A DNA stretch of 64,000 nt from the NCBI GenBank assembly GCA_951406725.2, contig OX597828.1:23250001-23314000 (forward strand), read 5' to 3'. Under the pieces are notes generated by a model. The model saw only the letters and a list, made by a program, of their open reading frames with translations, made no database searches and had not been told where the DNA came from. This document shows positions 43,841 through 58,805 of this stretch, one piece after another. How positions within the stretch are numbered: the stretch's first letter is position 1; every line of letters begins with the position of its first letter. The stretch comes from Octopus vulgaris (taxonomy: Eukaryota). Made by a program: the position numbers and the translations under genes.

Positions 43841-44268
43841 AGGTGTAGGAGTGGCTATAGGTGTAGGAGTGGCTGTGTGGTAAGTAGCTTGCTTACGAAC
43901 CACATGGTTCCAGGTTCAGTCCCACTGCGTGGCACCTTGGGCAAGTGTCTTCTACTATAGCCTCGGGCCGACCAAAGCCTTGTGAGTGGATTTGGTAGAC
44001 GGAAACTGAAAGAAGCCCGTCGTATATATATATGTATGTGTGTGCATGTTTGTGTGTCTGTTTTTTCCCCCCAACATCGCTTGACAACCGATGCTGGTGT
44101 GTTTACGTCCCCGTAACTTAGCGGTTCGGCAAAAAAGAGACTGATGAAATAAGTACTAGGCTTACAAAGAATAAGTCCTGGGGTCGATTTGATCGACTAA
44201 AGGCGGTGCTCCAGCATGGCCACAGTCACATGACTGAAACAAGTAAAAGAGTAAAAGAGTAAAGAGTA
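43841..44268 (+). mobile_element. SINE family A, full length, with duplicated 5' end
   Basis: aggtgtaggagtggct occurs twice in tandem at the head; the remainder matches family A. Confidence 0.9.
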
Positions 44269-45204
44269 ATTGGCTGCAATTCATAATTGACTATATGTAA
44301 ACTTACGTGTAAATATATACATATGTCTCTGATTGCATAGCTTTGTGTGCATGTGTATAGAATAAGTATTCTCCTCCGATTTCTTTTCAAACGTAATATA
44401 CGCTCACACGCTCACACAAGTATACATCAACACGCATGAACGTGTATTGGTTATGTTGAACCGCAAAACATGCATATAGCCTCCGCTCAGTGTCTTTTTA
44501 CTGGTCTCTCTCTCTCTGTCCATGTATGTATTTATTTATCTACTTAACTATCCGCATTTATATATTTGAGAGTGTCTGCGTGTGTGTGCCTGCGTTTGTG
44601 TCTGTGTATCTGTGTGCCTATGTATTTATGTATGTTTATATGTATGTATGTTTATATGTATGTATGTTTATATGTATGTATGTTTATATGTATGTATGTA
44701 TCTATACATAATGCGTATGTACTCTTTCCAAAAATATTTATTCATAAACGTACATATACATACATGTAGGAACATGTGTGTTGTTGTGTATATATTTTCA
44801 TACAGCCACAAATACATGAGGATACGCTCATACATGTACAAACGTACACGTAAAGATATATTCTGCTCTTACCTATTATATATCAAATTACCTCAAATGT
44901 GTTAAACGGCAGGTCTTTTTGATCCTTGATTACACGTCACGCATTGAATCATTGTTGGTACCGCAACGTACACCTCATAACAACTGTCAACCAATCACAA
45001 TACGGCTAGGGTAGAAAGCATATAAAAGACCGTACGTAGAGAAGGGGAAACAAATTACAAATATACCTAATGACCGGATGTGATTTTAATAGTCAACAAG
45101 CGAGAAAGGGAAATAGCTGCAATGTAAGGAAAGTAATAATTTACTATGCTATATACATCCCAAATAATTTACAGCGAAACCTTTGATTACATGAATAGGA
45201 ACGT

Positions 45205-45298
<94 letters not shown>

Positions 45299-45484
45299 AT
45301 ATATGCATGTAATATGTATATATAGATATATGAATATACCTTATTCAATAATATACTTATTTTCTGAGGCACACAAATATGTGTATAGATATATATATAT
45401 ATGTATAGATATATATATATATAGATATATATAAATACATATAAACACAACCAATAAAAATATATGATTATATATATGTAAACA

Positions 45485-45551
<67 letters not shown>

Positions 45552-45673
45552 TATGTTTACATACATGCATATGTATATGTGTGTATTCACACATGTACCA
45601 ACACACGTAGTCAAATATATAGATAAACAGACAAGCATATGGAAAATAAATAAATACGCGCGTCTATTTAGGA

Positions 45674-45712
<39 letters not shown>

Positions 45713-46858
45713 TGCAGACATTAAATATGTTTATAGTAAAATCTTATATGTTTTAATGCAAGTTCATTTAATTAATCTAATGTCGAAATATAAACATATT
45801 TAAGTGAAAATCAATTAGAAATCGATATATTATATATAGTACAAGTAAACACTTGTTCATGCGTGTATCAAGGTCTTTAATGTTACGTGTATATTTCTGT
45901 GTTGATACGTGTGTTTGTTGTGTATATATAAATATGATTGTCGATATCAGTGCGTTTTTCTTTGCCTGCGTTACATATGATTCTGTGTATGTATGTGTTA
46001 GCGTGTTCGTATATTTCAATGTTTGTCGTATTGGAAATACGAATGTATTAAGCGTGTAGTATGATGCAGTTGTAATCCAGAACGAGGCTGGTTTAAAATA
46101 TTGCTTGCCATTTTGGTGCAGAAAAATATTTGATAAACCATTGCTTTTACAAGCAAAACTAAACGAAAATGCTAAATAGCAATTCGAGTGTGTTTTATTT
46201 GATGCAAGAAGGCGTGAGATGGCTAACGAAATATTAGTTTTCTGAAAAAAAAAAAAAAGAGAAATACTAGAAAAAATTCCAGAACTGTTGAAAACAAGCA
46301 AAACCGCGTATCAAAAGAGAAGCAAATATTAAAACTACGAAAATATAGTTGAATGCTTCGTTTTATTCTGTAGTCAAACACTTCTATTTATTTGTTATCA
46401 TTTTTTTCTTATTATATTATTTGTTATAGTTGATGTTGTTACAGTGGTTGTTATCTCAAGCACCATTAGTGTAACATCAAAACCCTTAACGGCACTCGAG
46501 TGTATTTGCTAAAACGTCTAGTTAGCGTGACTGTTGTTACTTTGGGAACAGAGATGAAATTTGTTGAAGGGCGCTTTTTTTTAACGATAGATTCATATAT
46601 ACAAAATATGTGCGTGATACTTGATAATGCCAGGAAAATGTACATTAGAGTCGTCCACATACTCACACACACAAACACAAACACAAACACAAACGCACAT
46701 ATAGGAACCTAGAGATACATACACATATACTCATACAAAACAACAGCCAGCATACTGCAACAAAATACGAAACGCTGTATTCATGAATCTACCTGTCCCT
46801 TCTCCCTCTCTCTCACTCATTCATTCACTTATTCTCTCTCTCTCCCTCTTTCTTTCTT

Positions 46859-46931
<73 letters not shown>

Positions 46932-47517
46932 GCACACACACATAGATTGTATGTTGGAAAATGCTAAAGTTACCAAGTGTTGTGGAAATAAATTTATATC
47001 TAAGATTCCAAATCCTTCACCCTGCATAGGAAGTGCCGATATAGGATTTTGGCTATTAGAATGATTTTCGTCGAATGTGTGTGAGGAGTAAAATAGGCAT
47101 GTAAACTGATAGTTTTACCTTTACGGCTGTTTCGAATGATCAAATACTGCTATCTTAATATGTATATTACGTAGTAAATTCACATAATATCGTAGGTGTG
47201 AGGAACATCAATTCTTTTGATCTGCAAAATGAGACTGTATTTGTATGTGAATATGTATATATATATATATACAAAATGGGAGAAGAACGCAAAACATCCA
47301 GTTAGACGATACAAAAAACACGGACGGGTCATTCAAAGCCTTTAATCTTCAGTCAAGATCCGGATCATCCTCGCAATTTCGGCTGATTAATCTTGAGATT
47401 GCTCCAATCTGGCCAGCCCCAAGGAAAAACTAAGCTAAGAGAAATTAGATTCCTTGGAAAAAGCTTTGAATGTATACGAAACATGGACGGAAAAACAGAC
47501 GATGTTACAACATTTAA

Positions 47518-47560
<43 letters not shown>

Positions 47561-48449
47561 TATCCTTAAATGTTGAGTGAATCCATACAGTTTTAGTCCT
47601 TTCAACTCCAGATTTGCTTCATTAGGGATAACTTGACGTGCATTTTTAAGTTCCTGAACATATAGGAGTGTTGCTTGAATCTTCTTTTAAATAGAAACAG
47701 AATAAGACTTTTAAATCTTTGCTGCTTAAAATGGCACCCTTAACGCCACAATCCTCGATATTTATATATCGTCAATTCAGGAGAGGTTATTAAATTACGG
47801 ACTTTGCAATTTTAGCGTGGAAAGAATTGTACAGTTAAAATATTAGTATATGAATAGTTACAATTTTGGGGCGACTGCACATCGACATATATTCTGTTCA
47901 TAAAGAAATTATAACATAAATAACAGGAAAAAGTTTAAACACTTGTGCGAAAGTATTCAAATCTAAAGATTTATATCACTTCTTGAAATTTAAACACTCT
48001 TACACGCACGTTTCATTTACATATATTCAAATAAACACACATTTATATAGCAACAGAAAACGCAAACTTATATAGCTTTATAGATTCATGTGTATGTCTA
48101 AATGTAGTTAAATAAATATATATATATATATATATAAAGAGAGAGGTAAAGAGCGGAAAGAATAGAGAGAGTGCGAAGGTGGGACTTCAAACAGAGTAGT
48201 TACTTAAGTTTCGAATTTCCACTTGTCAAACTTATTTTCCGTTGGGAAACTTGAATGCACACATATGTACAAACAATGAGTGTGTATGAACGCGAGATTT
48301 TGTTTGTATACATCTTACTTCCGTGTATATAGACAGTTATATAAGTAGATTGAAGTGTAGTTAGAAATTCAATATCGCTCAGTATATTTTACGGAGGCAC
48401 CAATGTATAAGAATATACCTATACAAATATGTATGTAGCAATAACTATG

Positions 48450-48574
<125 letters not shown>

Positions 48575-49039
48575 GTATGTATGTATTTATGTATGTATAT
48601 ACATATGTGTGTGTATGTCTGTATGTGTGTGTATACAAAAGTAACCATGTAAGAATATGTGTAACGAGAATAGAGACAACTACATAAAAATACAATGTGT
48701 GTATATATAGTTTGAAATATATGATTGCCTTATTGTGTATTTGTATCTCTATCGACTGGAATGTGCATTTAAGTTCAGGATTATATTTGTACTCCACACA
48801 CACGCCTCCATATATATATATATGTATAATCGAGGTAATAAGACTTTTTTGAATCGATGTATCCTAGAGAATCGACAAGCAGCTAAGCAGGTTTAGGCAT
48901 TATATATGCTTATGTATGGCATATTGTTCGTGATTACATAGGTTTCGTAGATTTTCCTTTTTGAAAAACAAACATGAGTAAATATTCCCTGTCTGATGTT
49001 TTGTTGTCTATATTCATAACGAAGTACTATTATTAAATT

Positions 49040-49428
49040 CTTCTATATGTTTCAGTCATTTGACTGCGGCCATGCTGGAGCACCATTTTTAGTCGAACAA
49101 ATCGACCCCACGACTTATCTTTTGTAAGCCTGGTATTTATTCTATTGGTCACTTTTGACGAACTGCTTAGTTACGCCGACGTAAACACGTAAACATCGGT
49201 TGTCAAGCGATGGTGTGGGGGGAACAAACACAGGTACACACAAACACACACACATTCACATGCACACACATATATGATGGGCTTCTTTCAGTTTCCGTCA
49301 ACTAAATCCACTCACAAGGTTTCGGTCGGCCCGAGTCTATAGTAGAAGACACTTGCACAAGGTGCCACGCATTGGGACTGAACCCGGAACCATGTGGTTG
49401 GTAAGCAAGCTACCTACCATACAGCCAC
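49040..49428 (-). mobile_element. SINE family A
   Basis: Reverse-complement match from tail to head. Confidence 0.88.
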
Positions 49429-49568
49429 AACTATATTTATATAACCTGTGTATTTTTATCAATGTCTCTCTAACTATATATCCACTTACAGATCTATCAG
49501 TCCGCTTATCTGTATATAGATATAGATAATTTGATAGAAATATACGCACAGATGCACGCTCACAAACA

Positions 49569-49632
<64 letters not shown>

Positions 49633-50650
49633 TTGACAACCACGTATGCATATATACATGTAGATAATTTAAGTATTTATTCAGCCAAATGCATTTATGC
49701 ACGTAATGATTTAAGTATATCCCCTTCTGTCCCTTGTTTATATTCAGATTAATCAAAATATACAATGACTGCCGGTCACTTGTGCCCAGCTCGACGTGTA
49801 TGGAGCTGGTGTAAGAGCGATTATATTAAACAAAGGCGCTATGCATTCGTATACGTATCTTGATTTGTGGACTATTATTCTCATGTAGGCTTTATATTCA
49901 TTTTGTCTCACATACTGTGTGATTAGTGTAATGCCTCTACATAATTGCTTTTGTTTAGCTTGGAAATAGCCAGCTGCTCTCCACGGAATTGCAGATTATA
50001 AGCGCCTACGAAATGATTCGCGCACCTGGTAGGGGCTCATGACTTGTGTGCATATTAGGGTCTCAGGAATTGAGCGCCTTTTAGAGACTCACAAGTTGAG
50101 CGACTATTGTAACATCTGCTGCGTAAACTCTCCAACCTCAACTACGCGTTCTTAAATTCAACGATTAACTTTTACTTACTACTCATAAAACAAATTCTAA
50201 TTTTAAATAAAATGACTTACTTTGAAACATATTTCAATGTCATACAAAACACATTTCTACTCGTCGTTTCACTCGTTTGAGCTACAGCCAAATATCCTTC
50301 AATTTACTGGCCATGAATTTTCAAGAAGAAAATTTCACCATAGACGAAATATTTTTGCCCTATATAATTTGAACACAGATGCAATTAACATTTGTCCTCC
50401 GGAATCCCCCTCTTTGCGTCCATATTATATTATTTAGATGGGATTCCACATCTAAATAATATAATATGCCATAGAACAAGTAACAGACGTGAATTTGATA
50501 TTTATTTAATGTAATTTAAAGATTCTAATTCCTGCTGAAGTAACATTTCACGTTAATTCTTTTGGGATCGATACAATAAAATATCCAATCAACAAAGGAA
50601 TCCATATAATCGAATGTTCTAAAAGAAATTATTTAATCTGTATGTAAAAC

Positions 50651-50972
50651 ATTGACTTCAAATTATGGCACAAATCCAGCAATTTCGGGACAAAGATAAG
50701 TTGATTACATCAACCCCAGTGTTCAGCTGGGACTTTTAATTCATTCCGAAAGATGAAAAGCAAATTTAACCCTGACGGCATTTAAACACAGCAGATAGAA
50801 ACGCAGAAAAATGCTGCTAAGCTTTTTATCGGGCGAGGTAACGATTCTGTCAGCACACCGCCTTAACCTATCTGCAAAATATCAACTTCAAATTTTAGCA
50901 CAAGTCCAGCTATTTGGGGAAAGAGCCGATAGCAGCGAACCCAGTGCTTAATTGATACATATTCTATCGATC
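50651..50972 (-). mobile_element. SINE family C-related, one diverged copy (50651-50866) plus a partial tandem copy
   Basis: acttcaaatt.t.gcacaa.tccagc occurs at ~50655 and ~50885; the head caccgcctta is at ~50856. Confidence 0.65.
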
Positions 50973-51027
50973 CCCCCAAAATGCTTGTGTATGCGTTTAT
51001 GTATGCATTTATCTGTCTATCTATTAA

Positions 51028-51076
<49 letters not shown>

Positions 51077-51218
51077 ATATATATAGTAAGAAAAAGGGAG
51101 TAGCAGGATTTCCATTTTCCCCACGTTGTGAGTTGTAATGCAAAATATATGTATATAATAAAAGAAGAATAAGGTTTACATAATTTTAATATATTTATAA
51201 GTGAAAGAGTATTGTCTT

Positions 51219-51251
51219 TGTCGACCGGTTTCGCTTTCGCTAATCAGGACA
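51219..51251 (-). ncRNA. Ultra-minimal hammerhead motif (33 nt) with G8-to-U change
   Basis: Minus strand reads tgtc-CTGATTA-gc gaaa gc-GAAA-CCGG-TC-gaca, with palindromic stem III ACCGGT and a GUC triplet. Confidence 0.6.
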
Positions 51252-52109
51252 TTGAGATTATTGTAATTTCGTATTTTCTGGAAAAAAGTTTAGTCCATGC
51301 TGCGTAGTGGAGTTTGTGAATGAATCAACAAGTAGAAAAATCAAAAGGGACGTAACGATAACACACACTCTATCTCTCACTCTCTATCTATTTATCTATC
51401 TCTCTATATATGTATGTATGTATGTATTTATGTATGTAAGTATGTATGTATCTATCTATCTATCCATTTGTAGTATTATATTATAGTTTATTTTATTATA
51501 TTATATTAGCTGCAGTCGTAAATTCAAAATATTTTATTTTAGTGTAATTACGCCGTACAAAGAAAATTCTAAACGTTGACGAAACTCTTCCCGTTTGAAA
51601 TAAATGAAACATTCTCTAAATTGCTGACAACATTATTTGAGGTTAAAATAAATAAATCATGATTTGATAGTCTCCACAATTGCGGAATGTATGACATCAA
51701 AGTTTATGAGCGTTTTTTATTCTTTTTGTCTTGTTTTTTTTTATTATCTATTTTTTTGGCATTAAATATTGGTATGAAGCTAGTTTTTCTTACGTGAATC
51801 AAATAAAATACAATTATCAAACAAAATTATTTAACAGCCAAATTGATGACTGCATGCGATAAGTTGCTAGGCATTCTGAACTTGATAATGACTAAATCAC
51901 TAGACATGCGCAATGAGTTCTTTGCCACTGATTTCTATGAAATAATGACAAATGGCTGGAAAATGTCTTTAGTATATTTCTTGTAATAAATTTTAATATA
52001 CTCATAACAAATACGTAAGGGAAGTTTCTATTGGTCTCCCTTAGTGAGTTACCGGAAAGTAAAAGGAACTAAGACACACACTCACATTCATACGCTTATA
52101 TAGTTAAAA

Positions 52110-52253
52110 GATTGGTCGAATTTGCCTTTCATCCTTTCGGGGTCGATAAATAAAGTACCAGTTCACACTGGGGTCGGTGTAATCGACTTAATCCCTTTGT
52201 CTGTCCTTGTTTGTCCCCTCTGTGTTTAGCCCCTTGTGGGCCATAAAGAATAA
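52110..52253 (+). mobile_element. 5'-truncated SINE family C variant with alternative tail and 13-bp TSD
   Basis: Body gcctttcatcctttcggggtcgataaataaagtaccagt; TSD tatatagttaaaa at 52097-52109 and 52254-52266. Confidence 0.85.
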
Positions 52254-52365
52254 TATATAGTTAAAAAAATATAGGTACAATTTAGAACATAGAGAGACTG
52301 GTGAAAAAACAACACACAGTGTGTTTTACTTTGACGCTGAGGAAAAAATTGGAGAAGTCTTTGAC

Positions 52366-52410
52366 GTTTCGTGTCTTTGACGTTCCGAGTCTATCCTCTT
52401 CTAAAGAAAG
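52366..52410 (-). ncRNA. Decayed hammerhead-like motif related to 3886-3918
   Basis: gtctttgacgtttcg occurs twice (second copy with one change; reverse complement cGAAACGTCaaagac), in a purine-rich context like that at 3886. The CUGANGA core is mutated. Confidence 0.3.
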
Positions 52411-52923
52411 GAATGAGGAGAGAAAGCAGATGGAGAGTGAATAAAAAATGTATATGTGTGAGTCTGTTTGAATGCCATTATGTCTGAGTGGGTGTTATCT
52501 TCTGTGTTTGCTGTCAAACGGAATCTACAAACGACTTTATAATGATTATTTGCGCAATGTTATTTAGTTTTCATTATAGTAAACTCTTGTTGAGCTGACG
52601 TAGAACGAATCCGACATAGATGTTATACACTCAATGTATGACGGATATAAACACTGCGAGACACGGAGCGGGAGTGATTGGGAGTGAGAGAAGGAAACAT
52701 TCGCACGCACTACCAACATCAGCACCTGCTTCTGCGTAACAAAAGTATAACAATGCCATAAATATAAGCATCACTACACAGACACATATATACACAAACA
52801 CACAGACAGACAAACAAATATATACTTGGCAAAGACGAGGCAAATGTATATTAAATTTCAGACAAATATGTTTCTGTGTGGATATGTATATGTGTGTGTG
52901 TGCATATTTATCCACAATATACG

Positions 52924-52974
<51 letters not shown>

Positions 52975-53902
52975 GTATGTATATGCATGTATGCATGTAT
53001 GAATTTTTCTATGTATATATAAGAAAGAGATGTCATGGACTTCATTAGGTTACAGCTCTTTCTATAGCTCTTGCTATAAGATGCAATGGATGCATAATAG
53101 AGTGCCTGGATGCAATACAGGAAATATATTTATACATATATATATGTGTGTATGTGTGTGTGTGTGTGTGTCCATGTGTGCATATGTATGCGTGTGTGCT
53201 TATGTGCGTGTGTTTATGTGTGTGTCTGTTCATACGGAACCGATGAGTTATAGGACACAATACAGGTGTAGAGTATTCTTTAGTATATTGTAACTGAACG
53301 TCTTCAATTTCTAGGGTTCTTTGTTACTGATTTCCCATCATTGGCGGCTAAAACGTACGTTCTTTCTTCTCAAATATTCATTGATCGATTATTTTGTGGA
53401 GGAATATGAAATGAAGGTTTGAAGAAATCGAAACATTTATCTTTTTTGTTAACAAAACTTGGAGAACGACAAGTGCCAAAACGGCTTCTTCAAGATACTG
53501 CTTTTGATTTTATTTCTGATGGTTCTCGGGGTGATATCACATCATGGCTACTATGTCTACCTACATACACAAACATTTAGATATGTAGATTATGTGTATA
53601 AATATATATTACGTACGCGCATCTTGAGTGGAATTACTTCTTGTGTATTAAGAAAAAGGCTCTATAATTTTTAGTTTCAAACTGAAAAACCAAAAATTAG
53701 TCCATTTAATTAACGTGTTCCACGATGATTTCCTCACTACTTTCAAACTCAAGGAAATGAATGAATAACTGACAGAAGATCAGAAAGACGACGGTAACTG
53801 ATGATGGTTGTAGTCGTGAGGGGGGATGCGGAAAGAGTGGATAAGATTAAACGTATAAGGGGGACAATATCGGGCTTCCTAGTTTGCTAGAAAATACTAA
53901 AC

Positions 53903-53961
53903 CTGTTGTGAAGTTATCTGTTGTGTGAAGTTATCTGTTGTGTGAAGTTATCTGTTGTGTG
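53903..53961. repeat. 17-bp tandem repeat (gaagttatctgttgtgt) x3
   Basis: Read directly. Confidence 0.9.
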
Positions 53962-54653
53962 TATCATAAAAAACGAATAAATTTAAATAATAAGAGAAAT
54001 TAATAAATATCCACTTTATTAAAATTTAACAATCCTTAGTTTTCGGGTAAATTTTGCCCTTTTCAATATTATTATATTACAGTCGTAGATCAGAATTTGT
54101 AGCTGTATGAAACAAGGGATAGTACTGTAAATGACTACACAAGTTTACACTAATGCACGTACCTATGGCATTGTAGCATATGTTGCTGGTATAGAGCTTA
54201 TGGGAAATCTACGGACAAATGAGAGGCAATATCTCGAACAACAGAACTAGGAATATGAGAACACCAAATATTTATAAAGACGAAGAGAAATTAATTCAAA
54301 AGAGGATGCCAACACGTTAGTGGTTTCTGTTATTTACTTAACATGACTTTCCTTCAAACATTCAAATCAATATCGATTATATTATATAAAATGACATTGT
54401 TAATGTATATATAGGTATATTTCGAGTTTTCTTTTACGTTTTGTAGCTTTTTCTCATATTTTATGTATACATAACATGATAACATAATGCACAAACAAAA
54501 TCTTTTTACCCCACATCTTCTCAGACCAGCAAAGGTATATATAAAAATACTGAATTTTATTAATATTGATATATACATACAAACATACATATATACATAC
54601 ATACACATAAAATGCACACAAACACACACTTGTATATGTATGTATGTATATAA

Positions 54654-54706
<53 letters not shown>

Positions 54707-55108
54707 CATATATATACATATTATATAGATATGTTCGTGTGTGTGTATATACATATATATCTAAGCACGTCCATTTCTTCATACCTATAACTATATCTTT
54801 GAATATAAATATGAATAGACAGACAGGCAGATAGATAGATAGAAATATTAGAATAGGATAGGATAACGATACATATACATATGTGCTAATACACACACAC
54901 ACACACAAACAAACATATCTACACAAACATACATATACATATATATTCACTTAGATATGTATGTGTGTATGCTTGTTCGGGCGCGTGCGTAACTATGTTA
55001 AAATAACGCCATTACATTCAAAGTAATTTTTAAAACAGCCTAACTTTGTTGTTAGCTTAACGCAACACTGAGAATGAGGTATGTATGTACAAATATTTAT
55101 ATATACCT

Positions 55109-55369
<261 letters not shown>

Positions 55370-56111
55370 TGCATATGTATTCACGTACGTATGTGTGTAT
55401 GTATATACGAATGTATGTATTTATGGAATAGAGTACGTGCGTGAGTTCGGTTACGTCGGCTTTTTCGCAACCAATCCCTCCTTAAGTTGTTATATGTAAA
55501 TATATAACTCTTACTGCCTTTCAACTTGTGTAGAATGTATAATGGCCGTTATCATTCAATTGTCTCTGGGGGACACCCCACAATCCTTTGCGACATAATA
55601 ATGAAATTCTGATTTCCCAAATGCCAATCCTTTCCTCAAATATTCCACAAATGTCACGTACTTACCTTTGAAGATCCACTCCTTGTTAAATCTCTTATTT
55701 TTAGCTTTAATTTCTTTTGTCTATAAAGCATTCTTTATTTCTCAATAATTTTTAACAAAAATGTTTTCTTTTCAATTCGAAGGAAATATTATATTTGGTC
55801 TGTGGCTCATACAATATATTTGTCACTATTTGAATTGTAAACGAACATACAAACATATATATATATATGCTTATATATATATATGTGTGTATGTGCGTAT
55901 GCGTGTGCGTGCAAGCGTGTATGAGTGAGAGTATGTCTTGTAATTTATGTGACAAATTGATAAGTGCTTAAATACATACATGCACATGTATACATACACA
56001 TATCTACATATATGTGACTATACATGCACAATGTACACGCAGACACATACATACACGCACATATACATAGATGTATATGTATATTTTTATGTATGTATAT
56101 ATATATCTATA

Positions 56112-56211
<100 letters not shown>

Positions 56212-56228
56212 GAGAAAAATCCCATTAA

Positions 56229-56495
56229 TACGATCAACGGAACAGCTTGCTCGTGAAATTAAAATGAAAGTGGCTGAGCACTCCACGTGAACCCTTAACG
56301 TAGTTCTGAGGGAGATTCAACGTGACACAGAGTGTGACAAAGCTGGCCCTTTGAAATACAAGTACTACTCACTTTTGCCAGCTGAGTGGACTGGAACAAC
56401 GTGAAATAAAGTGTCTTGCTCAAGGACACAACGCGTCGCCGGGAATTGAAATCACGACCTTTTGATCGGGAGCCGAATGCCCTAACCACTAAGCC
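56229..56495 (-). mobile_element. SINE family B-related, with CORE-like central domain
   Basis: Reverse complement has a tRNA-like head, then tgtgtccttgagcaagacacttt...ccagtccactcagctg (CORE-like), then the 3' half shared with 9936-10310. Confidence 0.85.
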
Positions 56496-56510
56496 TCGTA
56501 TATATGCATA

Positions 56511-56864
56511 TTGGTTTGTGGAATAATTCATGAGCGTTCTTTTAAGCAAAAAAAAATTAGAAGAAATTGATCAATTATATATACTCAACCTCGTTTTTTG
56601 CGACTTCTTCCCATCATTCGATAAGTTTTTCGATGCCACGGCGATAGAAAACCTTTAGTCTTGGTCCAAAGAATCCGTCCAACAAAGCCCTCTACTCCAC
56701 GTTTATTATTGAAGCGTTCGTAAGAGGTGAAAATCTGAGTATGGAGGATGAAGCAGCATTTCCCGGTCGAGTTCTTGAAATGCGGTTTTGATTATATTGG
56801 CGGGTGTTGTAGGATTGTAGTAGAATGCCATTTCGCTTCGTTGAGACTGTGCAGCCGCTGAACG
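56511..56864 (-). mobile_element. Mariner transposon remnant: transposase C-terminus plus one TIR
   Basis: Minus strand gives GILLQSYNTR...IKTAFQELDREMLLHPPYS/DFHLLRTL...FYRRGIEKLIE*WEEVAKNEVEYIID. TIR ta|ttggtttgtggaataattcatgagcgtt at 56511. Confidence 0.85.
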
Positions 56865-56890
56865 TATCTATATATGCATATCTATATATA

Positions 56891-57018
56891 TGGCCTGCTC
56901 GCTTAGCCAGCGGGGTGGCGTCATTTGAAGGCTAAAACAATGCGAAGCGCATTGTGACCAGCGATGTGTAACAAAATATAATAGCCTGGTTGATCACGTG
57001 ATCATGTGATCATGTGAT
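56891..57018 (+). mobile_element. Short retroposon 3' end with 8-bp repeat tail (GATCAYGT)n
   Basis: GC-richer segment between TA tracts ending gatcacgt gatcatgt gatcatgt gat. Confidence 0.5.
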
Positions 57019-57239
57019 ATATGTATGCATATATATATATATATATATATATAACTATCTCTCTCCAGATGTGCGTGTGTGTTTGTCTGCGTGTATGTGT
57101 CTCTGTGCGCGGGTGCGTCTGTGTGTCAGTGTCAGCGTAAATGCAGTATATATTTTTAATGTTTTTTGAGGCAGTAGGATTCGTTTGATGAGAGATTGGG
57201 TTTCTAATTCTAGAGATTCTCATAACCACATCATCAAAT

Positions 57240-57830
57240 AATAATTCCTTTATGAAGACCTCACAAAACTTGAACACTTTTACTCCTGTTACTAGCAAGC
57301 GGAACAGCTTCAAATTTTCTCCTTTCTTTACCCGCTCTGAAATTTAACATTCTGGAAGTGTTAGCTTTGCATAAAACTGAGGACAGGTGGCCTGAGGGAT
57401 CATCTAGTAGTCAGAGGTTTATGTTGTTTCAAGGAGATTGGCTTAGTATTTTCCTGGCAAACGAAGATCGGGGAAATGACACAAAGCGATAACTGTATAG
57501 TTTTTTTCCTTGTAGAAGTCCTGTGCTCTTATCAAGAATAGATTTGTTTTCAGAAATATCATTTCAATACAAGCAATTTGATAAAAGAATGGGCAGTTTA
57601 ATGATTGCAAAGATTAGCATTGAAAGCAGATATGACTTCATTGCATGGGAAGTTTATGTGTTTATATGAGGATATTTCATTAAGGTTTAATGGATGATAT
57701 GTATATTGATATCCCTCAGATCTCATATTATTATCTTAAGGAAGGAAAGCAATCATTGATTATTCAAAGAGAGAGCGCGAACGTTTGGCAGGAAAGTCTT
57801 TCAAACAACTACTTCCGGCAATCCGACAGT
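57240..57830 (+). mobile_element. Possible highly decayed Penelope-like reverse transcriptase remnant
   Basis: YKQFDKRMGS at 57568 (compare Y.Q..G..MGS), RF/MDDMYI at ~57690 about 34 codons later, and FQTTTSGNPT at ~57798. Heavily frameshifted. Confidence 0.33.
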
Positions 57831-58218
57831 TTATACGAAACAGTGTATGATGTGAGGACAGCCATTATTACAGAGCTTAAATGTTAAAGTGTGTAATTGT
57901 AAATTTGTCTAGGTCAAAGGTTTTGAAATTTAACCTTTACCTATTGATTCTAAAGTGTCTGCTGGACAGAAGTGGGAAATATCTTGAACCAGGTGGAAAG
58001 TGAATATATTACACCTTATGTTCGTGTTTATGTTGGTTGTTCTTATGGCTGATTTAAGGTGGTTCCTCTCTAAGTGACGACTATACAGCCATTTATCCTC
58101 AGTAAGTCATCTCCTGCAGCTGGTTTATTCAGAGAAGTTTCTCGCAGCCGATATTTATTGCAAGCGGGATATAACTCTTGCCATTCTGGCCTCAAGTACA
58201 CCACAAGATGTGCTTTCA

Positions 58219-58249
<31 letters not shown>

Positions 58250-58251
<2 letters not shown>

Positions 58252-58578
58252 CTTTTATTTGTTTCAGTCATTTAACTGTGGCCATGCAGGAGCACTGGAA
58301 CCATATCGGTGATAAGCAAGTTACTTATCACACACCCACACCTGCACTGAGAGCGGCCATGGTAAAGCAAGGCTTTTAGTCGATCAAATCGACCCTAGAA
58401 CTTATTCTTTTTAAGCCTAGCACTTATTCAATCGGACACTATCGCTGAACCGTTAAGTTACCGGGACGTAAACACACATCCATCGGTTATCAAGAAATGG
58501 TAGCGGGTGGGGACAAACACAGGCACACAAATGCATATTTATCTATCTATCTATTCCTATATATAAATATATATATAC

Positions 58579-58653
<75 letters not shown>

Positions 58654-58805
58654 ACAGGCGTCTTTCAGTTTCCGTCTACCAAATCCATTTACAAGGATTT
58701 GGTCGGCTCGAGGCTATAGTAGAAGATAGTTCCCCAAGGTGCCACTCAGTGGGACTGAACCCGGAACACGTGGTTGAGAAGCTCCTTACCAGATTGCCAC
58801 GTATT
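58250..58805 (-). mobile_element. SINE family A full copy (58350-58805) plus an internally deleted head-tail mini copy (58250-58347)
   Basis: On the minus strand the head ...gatatggttcc joins directly to the tail agtgctcctgcatggccacag. Confidence 0.75.

Noticed and set aside
38355-47420. Further hammerhead-like fragments at ~38355-38408, ~47115-47225 and ~47340-47405 (minus strand)
   Set aside because: Only half-cores are present and stem I cannot be formed; too decayed to call.
53903-53961. Short direct repeats suggestive of CRISPR
   Set aside because: There are no spacers and no cas genes, and the context is eukaryotic; it is a simple tandem duplication.
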